Assembly: GCF_963921235.1 (NCBI RefSeq)
Contig: NC_086097.1
Span: 10,168,001 to 10,232,000, forward strand
Source of the DNA: Mobula hypostoma
Lineage: Eukaryota
Direction of reading: 5' to 3'
Length of the DNA: 64,000 bases
The notes beneath the pieces are model-generated. The model saw only the letters and a program-made list of their open reading frames with translations, had not been told where the DNA came from and ran no database searches. Below are positions 1 to 10,990 of this stretch, in pieces. The translations under genes were made by a program, and so were the position numbers. Numbering within the stretch: position 1 is the first letter of the stretch; each line of letters opens with the position of its first letter.

Positions 1-1255
1 ACTCAATCAAAGCTCTCAGTGTGGCATCATAGGCAACTGAAGCCCAACTGGTGGCACTAACCAGAGACTAGCATGGCTGCTTAATACTAATCAAAAGGTG
101 CTTGAGAAGGCAATGGATAAATAGATAGAAGACTTGGCCAAAACCCGCTTGGGATATCGGAAAGTTCAAAATATACCCTAACAGGTACCATTACACCCAT
201 GGGACTGGCCCTCTTCACCATGGCAAAGAGTACTTATTGACTTTTCTGGGACATTCATGGACTCCATGTTTTTGATTGCTGTAGATGTTCTTTTGAAGTA
301 GCCGGAGGTTATATCAATGAAGTCAAACAAGTCAGCAAAGACTTTCTGTGCTCTGAGGATTAGCTTCATCAGAGTGGCTTACCAGGATAAATTGTGAGTG
401 ACAATGGACCACAATACAAGTCAGAAGATTTCCAACTGTTCATGACGAAAAATGGCATTAGACATTTCAAGTCAGCTCCTCAAGACCCAGCAATGAGTGG
501 GTTAGCTGAAACATTTATCTAAATCTTCGAGAAGTCCATTAAAGCTATAGACAAGGAGGACATTTCTCTACAGCACAAGGTGGACAACTTCCTTTCTGTG
601 TGTCAGAACTCTGTTTATACAATGATAAATCAAGCACCTGCAATGCTGTTCATGAACAGGAATCAGAGGTCTCGCATAGGCCTCCTGAAACCAGATCTAC
701 GAAGAGAAGTGCAGAATAATCAGTTCAGCCAATTGTCAAGTGAAGCAGCAAGGAGCATCGAGATTGGACAGGAAGTACTCATGTGTGATTACTGAGAAGA
801 CAAGTGGACATCCAGTAGGATAGCTACAAGAACTGGACCACTGAAGTACATGGTGGATGTTGGAGATCAGACATGGAGTCATCATGTGGACCACATATTG
901 GATGCTCAACCAAAGAACACACCTGAGTCTATTGCATCCAATAAGACAGACACATTACAGTTACCAGACTTAACTCTCAGTGATGATCATATCGCTGACA
1001 ACAACGTGATACCAGAAACTGAGAACATTATCGTTGACAAGAGACCCGTCATTCCTAGACCCACTCCACAAGCCCAGAGGCACTATTCTGAAAGAAACAG
1101 AGTGCCACCCAAAAGACTGAACCTTGAGAACTGTGAAGCTGTTATGGACTGTTATTGTGAAAGCATGTTTATTTGGAATATGGATTTATGCAAGAGAAAT
1201 TGGATGTTTTGTACATATACAGTTTTATGGTTCATTATTCTAAAGGGGGGGGAAG
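1..1255 (+). mobile_element. Gypsy/Ty3 LTR retrotransposon, decayed integrase and 3' internal region
   Basis: Manual translation gives integrase motifs PLHPWDWPSSPWQRVLIDFSG...FLIAVD (~182-290) and IVSDNGPQY (~391-417), with stops and frameshifts. Polypurine tract aaagggggggggaag at 1242-1255. Confidence 0.9.
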
Positions 1256-1456
1256 TGTAATGTATGGATCTATATCTTTTACAGCACCCCTCCCCTTAGT
1301 GCAATGTATTGATCTGTTGCCAGTGTATGCGCTGCGATCTACCCATGGACATTGTTCTCTCTCTCACTCACATTGCAATGTGAATACACCAGTTAAAGCC
1401 ACCTCCTCCATGTGTGCTTTTATTTAGTTGATATGTAGTTGTGTACAGACACAACA
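1256..1456 (+). repeat. 3' LTR of the Gypsy element (~200 bp)
   Basis: Begins TGTAA directly after the PPT and ends ...ACAACA (TG...CA termini). Confidence 0.75.
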
Positions 1457-1524
1457 GAATATGGTACATCCATAGTGTGAGAGTATATGGAAATTCTGAA
1501 GTATGATGAGTGTGGGAGAAAAGA

Positions 1525-1875
1525 AACATACACAAAATGCTGGAGGAACTCAGCAGGTCAGGAAGCATCTCTCAAGAGGAATAAGCAGTGAACGTTTCAG
1601 GCCAAGACCCTTCCCTTCACTGGGAAGGAAGGGGGAAGAAGCCAGAATAAGAAGGTGGGGAGGGGAGAGGAGTACCAGCTGGTAGGTGATAGGTGAGAGC
1701 AAGTTGGAGGTAGGTGATTGGGTGGGGGAGGGAGCATGATGTGAGAAACTGGGAGGTGATAGGTGGAAGGGGTAGGCTGAAGAAGAAAGAATCTTATAGG
1801 AGAGGACAGTGGACCATGAAATAAAGGGAAGGAGGGTGGGAACCAGAAGGAGGTGATAGGTAGGTCACAGTGGAG
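1525..1875 (-). mobile_element. Penelope-like element terminal fragment (degenerate)
   Basis: acacaaaatgctggaggaactcagcaggtcagg... followed by a purine-rich tract; same family as 2946-3367 and 60786-61249. Hammerhead core is destroyed here. Confidence 0.7.
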
Positions 1876-2074
1876 AAGAGCGCAAGGCTTGGTCTAAAAA
1901 ATAATAAAAAGATTATTTAAAGGGAGATTCTTTATTATTGATGAGTAAGCTTCGAACGATCAGGCAATAACACAATAATTATTTCAGCAGAAATAGCTTG
2001 TAGAAACAGTATTGCAGAGACGCTTTGGATAGATGAATCAAGAAGAAATAAATAAAATCATTGTTGCAATCTCA

Positions 2075-2562
2075 AAGTACACGTGCTCCACCTTGTTAGG
2101 TGTTTAAAGAGATTTAGTATGTGCAAAAGTATCTTACAAATTTCTATAGATATACAGTGGAAAGTATTCTCACGGGTTGTATCGCAGCCTGGTCGGAAGC
2201 CTCCAATTCACAGGATTGCAGGGGAATGCAGAGGGCTGCACTCTCCCTCAGTTCCAACATGGGCACAGTCTTCCCCGCCATTGAGTTGGTGCCTCGAGGA
2301 CCCTCACCACCCAGGACATGCCCTCTTCAGCAAGGAGGTACAGGAGCTTCAAAACACGTACTTAACAATTTTAGAGCAACTTCTTCCTCTCCACCATCAA
2401 ACTTCTGATTGGGTGATGAAGCCACGAACACTACCACATTGTTCCTTTTTCTGCACAGTATATTTATGTTTATTTAGAGATGTTTATGTCTTTGCATTGT
2501 GCTGGTGCCACAAAACAACAAACTTCATGTCATATGTCAGTGATAATAAATCTGATTTGAAT
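2075..2562 (+). mobile_element. Rex1/Babar-like LINE 3' fragment
   Basis: ORF remnant LTNFYRYTVESILTGCIAAW resembles the C-terminus of the 43242-44627 RT ORF; ends gataataaatctgatttga. Confidence 0.75.
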
Positions 2563-2945
2563 TCAATTGCACAGCTGTTACCACTTTACAGAAAGTTTAA
2601 CTAGAAGAAGCAATGTTACATTCAATTATGGAAACAGGCGATAAGAAATAGTGACTTCCCAATGAATTAGGGAGATCAGACTGCTACTGACAATGTTTAC
2701 TGTGCTCTGGTATCAATGACCATCTGTTTAGTCTCATTCATCACTTTTTCTATCTATATAATTTAATAGCAATTTTCATAGTAGATTTTTTTAACAAGAT
2801 CAACAACAGTTTCCAATGTTATCACTATATGATGTTCACTGATAAAGCAAGCTGCAGATCGTCTGCTCTGTCCTTCTTACAGCTGACAGGAGGTACTCTG
2901 ACCTCCGATCATTCCTCTGTTCAAAATCTATGTAATGTTTACAGT

Positions 2946-3367
2946 CGCAAACACGAGGAATTCTGCAGATGCTGGAAATTCAGGCAACACACATCAAAGT
3001 TGCTGATGAACGCAGCAGGCCAGGCAGCATCTCTAGGAGGAGGTACAGTTGATGTTTCAGGCCGAGACCCTTCGTCAGGACTAACTGAAGGAAGAGCTAG
3101 TAAGAGATTTGAAAGTGGGAGGGGGAGGGAGAGATCCGAAATGATAGGAGAAGAAAGGAGGGGGAGGGATGGAGCCAAGAGCTGGACAGGTGATTGGCAA
3201 AAGGGATATGAGAGGATCATGGGACAGGAGGCCCGGGGAGAAGGAAAAGGGGAGAGGGGGGGAAACCCAGAGGATGGGCAAGGGGTATAGTCAGAGGGAC
3301 AGAGGGAGAAAAAGGAGAGTGAGAGAAAGAATGTGTGTATATAAATAACGGATGGGGAACGAGAGGG
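2946..3367 (-). mobile_element. Penelope-like element 3' fragment with 9-bp TSD
   Basis: Flanked by gtttacagt at 2937-2945 and 3368-3376; contains a hammerhead-like motif at 3046-3083; closely similar to 60786-61249. Confidence 0.85.
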
Positions 3368-3399
3368 GTTTACAGTACCAGGTGTGCTGTCTTTATGTT

Positions 3400-3680
3400 A
3401 CTTATTTATTTTATTTATTGAGATGCAGCGTGGAATAGGCCTTTCTGGGCCTTCGAGCCACACCACACAGCATCTCACCTATTTTACCCTAGCGTAATCA
3501 CAGGACAGTTAACCTACCAACGGGTATGTCTTTAGACTGTGGGAGGAAACGAGAGCACCCGGAGGAAACCCATGTGTATGTGGAAAAAAGGTACAAACTC
3601 CTTACAAGCACCAGCGGGAAATGAACCTGGGCTGCCTGTATTGTAAAGTATTGTGCTAACCACTACGCTACAGTGCCAGG
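3400..3680 (-). mobile_element. tRNA-derived SINE
   Basis: Minus strand starts ggcactgtagcgtagtggttag (A-box-like), then ccaggttcatttccc (B-box-like); A-rich tail. Homologous to 29632-30025, 32287-32552 and 47870-48162. Confidence 0.8.
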
Positions 3681-3877
3681 CCACAATATCTATCTATCTT
3701 TATGCTGGATATTGAACTGATGTCTCTCAAATGGACATAAAATATTACTAGCGCTACTTTGAAGAAACAGTTTGTAGTTCAAGTTCAGTTTATTGTCATT
3801 CAACCGTACACATGTATACCACCAAATTAAGCAATGTTCCTCCAGACCAAGGTGCACAGCACCGTACGTATAACACA

Positions 3878-4618
3878 TGTGACACCCTGATTAAGATTTT
3901 TACTGCTAATGCTGTAGATATTTTCACTTAACAGTTTTCTGTAGAAGCAGTGTTTTGGTTTCAGTTAAAGACAAGAGGTTGTGATGTTCAACTTAAGAAT
4001 GTTGAGTCAGCCAATCAGGAAGGTGGAATTGGGAGAAGGTTCTAGAGAAAGCTGGGTGGAGAGGTTTTGTGACGGACACTGGTGGGGTTTGTGGTCTTTT
4101 TCAGTGGAAGATGAAGACAGAAGAAGGTTGAAAGAACCAGCCGTAGGATTCGATCCAACTGGAACGCATGATTCGATGGAGTCCAAGATGGAAAGTTCTA
4201 CCAGTGATTGGTAAATAGGAGTTGGTGCCATGAGCAGGAGCGACGTCCAGCTTCTGGAAGATCTGAGCTCTAACCATGTGTACATTTGACTGCTTAATGA
4301 ATATAGGCCCTTTTACTTATTCTTTTTTCTCTTTCTTCCTCTAATAACTGTTTGATTAAGCTGATATTTGCAAATATACCTTTTTATAATTGTATGCAGT
4401 GTATGATCTATTATTTCTTGCTGACGGATAATTGCACGTGGGCGATACTTACATAGTATTCGCTCAGATTAGGGTTCGGGTGGTCAAAACATCCCAACCT
4501 CCTGGTTTGGTGGGACCCAAGTCATATCGACCTTCGATGTGTGGAGTTTGAGAAAGGTGGCTTTCTCACTGCTGAGTCCAGTGGCTGTTAGCAAGTGGCT
4601 TCGAGAGAAGCGGTTATA
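3878..4618 (+). repeat. 5' LTR of a Gypsy element (~740 bp)
   Basis: Starts TGTGACACC and ends ...CGGTTATA (decayed ...ACA). Followed at 4622 by tgggggctatcatcc, a degenerate match to the tRNA-Pro primer-binding site TGGGGGCTCGTCC. Confidence 0.65.
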
Positions 4619-7345
4619 TTGTGGGGGCTATCATCCAGTATCTGATTCACTGAATGCTGTGTACTTGCTTTAGGAATTGATGAAGTGGTTTGTGTGTTTA
4701 AGCCTGTGTTTAAACTAGTGTCCGGGAAAGTGATTAAGATACTTGATTATGGATGCCGCAGGGATTAAGCCTTGGTGCGATTCAGAGATTACCCACGACT
4801 AATGCTTGTGTTCTGAGAGGGGTGGATATCTGCAGCCCAGATGATTTGCTGATGATAATTTTAAGTTCAGTTCCAGTATTAGGCAAAGTTACACTTATTG
4901 AACGCCACATTGACCAAACGGCGGGCAAACATCGTGGTTTTAGTTTAGACTAGCAGTGGTGTGACTGGAGTGGAGCTGTCTGGTACGATTGGGGCATCTG
5001 GAGAGGCGGGTCCATGGGCTGTCCTTACTTTTAGAAAGGAGAAGAGTGTAGCTGAGGGTGAAGATTTTGAAGACAAGTTCCTCATAGCTGAGGGCGGAGA
5101 CTTTAAAGACAAGTTGCTATCATTCCTGTGGAATGAGGGGAATGAATTATCTGACGTGAAGGATTTAATGGGCCGCTCAGCAGGTGGTGAAACTTCTGAG
5201 TTGGTCTTGGCAATTACCCCCTTAGTAGATAAATGCCGGCAGAGGGTCAAAGTTATTGTAGGCTGAGAATGTTCTCAGGCATCATGCCCACCCCTGAGGG
5301 GGAGAGGGAATATGAAACTGGAGCAGAGCAGACACCTCAGTTACTGGGTGAGTTGCAGTGCTCAAATAATATGAAAAGACAGCAACTGGTAGACTGTCTA
5401 AAAGACCCAACTACTGACATGATGAGGTCGTTAAAGACAGAGAACCCATTTGCCAAGTCTGCGGACTACATGAAAGCATTAAAAAGCATTTTTGGCAAAG
5501 TAAACAGCCCAACGGATCTTATGACGAGGTTCAGGCACATATTCCAGGAGAAAGGGCAGATAGCTGCATTGCTTGCACCATAAAGGGCGTCCAACTGGCC
5601 GAGATAAATCAAATAAGGAAAGATCAAGTGGCGAAGGGCGTGCAGTCATGCAACAAGGTTGCTATTAGTCTCCATAAGTCTCTCCCCCTCCCTCATTTGT
5701 TAAAGGCCTGTCCCTTTAAAAGGCACACCCTGTAAGAACAATTTCTTTAACTTCCGACCAGTTGTTCAGGTTTCTCCAGTTACTCTGCTATACAGATTCT
5801 TCTACGACCGATATTTGATGCATTTACCATTGATTCCGCTCAGTGCCCAAGAGATTTTGTGCCTTAGTACTGATGGCTACCCATATGATGATTACTTGTA
5901 GTTGAAGTTGGAGTTTTTGGAAGCAGATGTTGGAGTAGCTGAGGCCTTTGATGTGACAGTGTTGGCATATCCGGACTCTGTTGAGAAGAGTGAAGCTTCT
6001 ATTCTTGTGAGAACAAATACTCTCATTTTGAGAAGGCTAGTGCAGAGCCTGGAGGGAGAGAACTGAAGAGAATTTTCTGAAACCTTGGTCCATTCACCTG
6101 ATGTTCAGAGCTGTTTTTGAGAAGATGCAAGTTCATCCTAGGCAGGGTGATGAGCTGAAACAAGGAACTGCATGGTACACCTAGCCAAAGCCCGCTGTGT
6201 TACAGCCTGGAGGAGGAGCTAGAGAGATAGGAAATCCCAAATTCCTTGGAACGCCTGATGCCGAGGACCTCCAGGTGGATGCTCTAAAAGATCACAAAGA
6301 AGAGTCATGCTTACCTGCTGGTGTGCTGGTTAGGCCTGAAACACAGAAACCGTCATCTGTACATGTAAACAGGATGACAGGGATTTGTCAGGAGAACCTC
6401 AGAGTGAAAGATCACCCTCAGGCGTGGAATGCCGATGGTACATCTTTCCCCAGTGACTGCAATGTCTAGTTTTCTCTTGAGAAAATCAAGAGAGAGACAA
6501 TCAACACACACAAAATGCTGGAGTAAACCCTCACTAATTTTTATAGATGCACCGTAGAAAGCATTCTTCTAGGGTGCATCACAACCTGGTATGGAAGTTG
6601 TCCTGTCCAAGACTGAAAGAAGCTGCAGAAGATCGTGAACATGGCGCAGCACATCACACAAACCAATCTTCCGTCCGTGGACTCACTTTACACTGCACGC
6701 TGTTGGAGCAGTGCTGCCAGGATAATCAAGGACACGATCCACCCAGCCAACACACTTTTCGTCCCTCTTCCCTCCGGGAGAAGGCTCAGGAGCTTGAAGA
6801 CTCGTATGGCCAGATTTGGGAACAGCTTCTTTCCAACTGTGATAAGACTGCTGAACAGATCCTGACCCAAATCTGGGCCGTACCCTCCAAATATCCGGAC
6901 CTGCCTCTCGGTTTTTTTGCACTACCTTACTTTCCATTTTTCTATTTTCTATTTATGATTTATGATTTAAATTTTTAATATTTACTAATTTTAACTATTT
7001 TTAATATTTAATATTTGTAATCCAGGGAGTGTGAAGCGTAGATTCAAATATCGCTGTGATGATTGTACGTTCTAGTACTAATTGTTAGGTGACAATAAAG
7101 TATAAAGTATGAAGTATAAAGTAAAGGAATTCAGCAGGTCAGGCAGCATCTGTGGAAAAAAAGTAGAGTCGACCTTTTGGGCTGAGACAATTCATCAAGA
7201 CTGATGAAGGAACTCGGCCCAAAATGTCAACTATGAAGTTCAAAGATGTCTTTTCGACTGACGAGTCTGATGTGGGTTGATCCAAGAGTACTCGCCACAC
7301 CATCCGAGTGACAGAGGACACCCCTTTCAGAGAAAGGTCCGATGG
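4619..7345 (+). mobile_element. Gypsy LTR retrotransposon internal region: PNMA-like gag, protease region and pre-RT segment; frameshifted and interrupted
   Basis: ORF 5233-5583 (YCRLRMFSG...GEREYE...KRQQLVDCLKDP...ENP...ALKSIFG...DLMTRFRHIFQEKG) resembles PNMA-type capsid. A VTLLYRFFYDRYL protease-region remnant lies at ~5780-5820, and KDVFSTDESDVG*SKSTRHTIRVTEDTPFRERS at ~7240-7340. PLE and Rex1 insertions interrupt it at ~6500-7232. Confidence 0.85.
6531..7123 (+). mobile_element. Rex1/Babar-like LINE 3' fragment, nested in a PLE fragment
   Basis: ORF 6635-6865 (HPANTLFVPLPSGRRLRSLKTRMARFGNSFFPTVIRLLN); aataaa plus (aagtata)n tail. Splits PLE sequence aaaatgctgga | ggaattcagcaggtcagg. Confidence 0.85.
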
Positions 7346-7349
7346 TAAA

Positions 7350-7628
7350 GTAGCTGGCCAGGACACTCTCAATGGTGTTTCTGGAAAAATTGGTTAGAAT
7401 AAGGGGCGGGAGGGGAGGGTGGGAAGAACCTTGCACACCTCAAAGTCCTCAGGAAGTGGAGTCATTGGTGTACTCTCTTGGCTAAAGAGGTTTGTTGAGG
7501 GACCAGGTCAGATCGTCCATTATGAGCACTCCCATAAACTGGGTGATCCTATCTCTCTCCATGGAGGTGCTGTTTATGTGTAGTGAGGAGTGGTCAGCCT
7601 GCACCTTCCTAAAGTCCACAACCAGCTC
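7350..7628 (-). mobile_element. Rex1-like LINE fragments
   Basis: gaggaccaggtcagatcgtcc...cacctt cctaaagtccacaaccagctc (ELVVDFRK on the minus strand), homologous to 43670-43800. Confidence 0.6.
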
Positions 7629-8371
7629 TCAAGACATCCAAGTTATCCACGGTATTCTAGCAAATACTTTCCCTCATCAACATCAATAATGAAAATCTAT
7701 TACAATATGGTATAATTCCAGTAATCAGGCATCATCTATCCTATTGGACAGAAAATACAAAAGCCTGAAAGCATGTAGCATCAGTTCAAGGATAGTTTCT
7801 ATTCCACTGCTATCAGAGTCTTGAGTACACCTCTCATAGGATAAAGTGGAGTCTTAATCATACAAGCTTCAAGTTCAAGCTCAAGTTGGTATGCCTTGTG
7901 CTCTGTGAAACATACACTGAAATGCATTACAGTACTTGTATTAACAGCAAACACACCCAAGGCTATGCTTGGGCAGCCCATAAGTGCAGCCACACATTGT
8001 GATGCCAAAATAGCCCACAGTTCTTGACAGAACAACACTGAACAAAAGCATGTTTTTATGCTCTTGCACTGGATTGCTTACGTTCCCCACGCCTTCTCCA
8101 TAACTTTAACACCTTATTCTGCGTTGTTATTGTTTTACCTTATCCTACATTAATGCACTGCACAATGATCATTCTGTATGAACAGTATGCAAGGCAAACT
8201 TATCACTCTATCTTGGTACTTGGGACAATAATAAACCAGTATCAATAAATCAATAGTCTTCAGAATTTGGTGGATCTGGGGTAGCAGGTTTTACTGTCCG
8301 TAGGATATTAAATTCCTAACTCACATTATTTAACTTATTTTATGTGTTTCATTGTGGCATCATGAATAATT

Positions 8372-8680
8372 ACCATCAGGAAGGAGGTACAGAAGCCTGA
8401 AGGCACACACACAGCGATTCAGGGACAGATTCTTCCCCTCTGCCACATGATTCCTAAATGGGCATTGAACCCACGAACAATACCTCATTTTGTTTAAAAA
8501 TATATATTACTTCTGTTTCTGCACTATTTTAGTCTATTTAATATACATATATATACTTACTGTAATTGATTTACTTATTTATTTTTTTCTGTATTTATCA
8601 TGTATTGCATTGAACTGCTGCTGCTAAGTTAACAAATTTCACGGTACATGCCAGTGATAATAAACCTGATTCTAATTCAG
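8372..8680 (+). mobile_element. Rex1-like LINE 3' end
   Basis: ccatcaggaaggaggtacagaagcctgaaggcacacac...gataataaacctgattct; similar to 39540-39828. Confidence 0.7.
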
Positions 8681-8754
8681 ATAATTTAGTGGACTTGAAG
8701 GGAACAAGACACAACCTATTGACTCACTTTCAAAGACTCTTCATCTCATGTTTT

Positions 8755-10990
8755 CATAGAAACATAGAAAACCTACAGCACAGTACAGGCCCTTCGGCCC
8801 ACAGAGTTGTGCCGAACATGTCCCTACCTTAGAAATTACTAGGCTTACCTATAGCCCTCTATTTTACTAATCTCCATGTACCTATCTAAAAGTCTCTTAA
8901 AAGACCCTATCCTATCTGCCACCACCACCGTTGCCGGCAACCCATTCCACGCACTCACCACTCTCTCAGTAAAAACTTACCCCGACATCTCCTCTGTACC
9001 TTCTCCCCAGCACCTTAAATCTGTGTCCTCTTGTGGCAACCATTTCAGCCCTGGGAAAAAGTCTCTGACTATCCACATGATCAATGCCTCTCACCATCTT
9101 ATACACCTCTATCAGGTCATCTCTCATCCTCCATTGCTCCAAGGAGAAAAGGCCGAGTTCCCTCAACCTATTCTCATAAGGCATGCTCCCCAATCCAGGC
9201 AACATCCTTGAAAATCTCCTCTGCACACTTTCTATGGTTTCTACATCCTTCCTGTAGTGAGGCGAACAGAACTGAGTACAGTACTCCAAGTGGGGTCTGA
9301 CCAGGGTCCTATATAGCTGCAACATTACCTCTCAGCTCCTAAATTCAATTCCACGATTGATGAAGGCCAATACACCATACGCCTTCTTAACCACAGCATC
9401 AACCTGCACAGCTGCTTTGACTGTCCTATGGACTCGGACCCCAAGATCCCTCTGATTCTCCACACTGCCAAGAGTCTTACCATTAATACCATATTCTGCC
9501 ATCATATTTGACCTACAAAATGAACCACTTCACACTTATCTGGGTTGAACTCCATCTGCCACTTCTCAGCCCAGTTTTGCATCCTATCAATGTCCCGCTG
9601 TAACCTCTGACAGCCCTCCACACTATCCACAATGCCCCAACCTTTGTGTCATCAGCAAACTTACTAACCCATCCCTCCACTTCCTCATCCAGGTTATTTA
9701 TAAAAATCACGAAGAGTAAGGGCCCCAGAACAGATCCCTGAGGCACACCACTGGTCACCAACCTCCATGCAGAATATGACCCGTCTACAATCACTCTTTG
9801 CCTTCTGTGGGCAAGCCATTTCTGGATCCACAAAGCAATGTCCCCTTGGATCCCATATCTCCTTACTTTCTCAATAAGACTTGCATGGGGTACCTTATCA
9901 AATGCCTTGCTGAAATCCATATACACTAAATCTACTGCTCTTCCTTCATGTGTTTAGTCACATCCTCAAAAAATTCAATCAGGCTCCTAAGGCATGATCT
10001 ACCCTTGACAAAGCCATGCTGACTACTCCTAATCATATTATACCTCTCCAAATGCTCATAAATCCTACCTCTCAGGATCTTCTCTATCAACTTACCAACC
10101 ACTGAAGTAAGACTCACTGGTCTGTAATTTCCTGGGTATCTCTACTCCCTTTCTTGAATAAAGGAACAACATCTGCAACCCTCCAATCCTCCAGGACCTC
10201 TCCCATCCCCATTGATGATGCAAAGATCATCGCCAGAGGCTCAATAATCTCCTCCCTTGCCTCCCACAGTAGCCTGGGGTACATCTTATCCCGTTCCGGC
10301 GACCTATCCAACTTGACACTTTCCAAAAGCTCCAGCACATCCTCTTTCTTAATATCTACATGCTCAAGCTTTTCAGTCTGCTGCAAGTCGTCAATACAAT
10401 CACCAAGAACCATTTCCATAGTGAATACTGAAGTAAGGTATTCATTAAGTACCTCTGCTATTTCCTCCGGTTCCATACACACTTTCCCACTGTCACACTT
10501 GATAGGTCCTATTCTTCCAGATCTGATCCCCTTGCTCCTCACATACTTGTAGAATGCCTTGGGATTTTCCTTAATCCTGCCTCCAAGGCCTTTTCATGGC
10601 CCCTTCTGGCTCTCCTAATTTCCTTCTTAAGCTCATTCCTATTTGCCTTGTAATCTTCTAGATCTCTAACATTACCTAGCTCTCTGAACCTTTTGTAAGC
10701 TTTTCTTTTCTTCTTGACTAGATTTATTACAGCCTTTGTACACCACGGTTCCTATACCCTACCATAACTTCCCTGTCTCATTGGAACCTACCTATGCAGA
10801 ACTCCACATAAATATCCCCGAACATTTGCCACATTTCTTCCATACTTTTCCCTGAGAACATCTATTTCCAATTTAAGCCTCCAATTTCCTGCCTGATAGC
10901 CTTATAGTTCCCCTTAATCCGATGAAATGCTTTCCTAACTTGTCTGTTCCTATCTATCTCCAATGCTATTGTAAATGAGATAGAATTATG
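8755..10990 (-). mobile_element. CR1 LINE (HER1-like), 5'-truncated ORF2 with frameshifts
   Basis: ORF pieces 10114-10542, 9932-10117, 9513-9926 ([29 protein letters not shown]) and 8966-9325 (LVRPHLEYC); (catagaaa)n 3' tail at 8755. Confidence 0.95.

Noticed and set aside
2829..3290. 153-aa ORF (also 60715-61227, 170 aa)
   Set aside because: These are low-complexity translations of the purine/pyrimidine-skewed PLE terminal region.
4753..5583. Domesticated PNMA-family host gene
   Set aside because: It is frameshifted into several pieces and sits between an LTR/PBS and pol remnants, so it is a retrotransposon relic.
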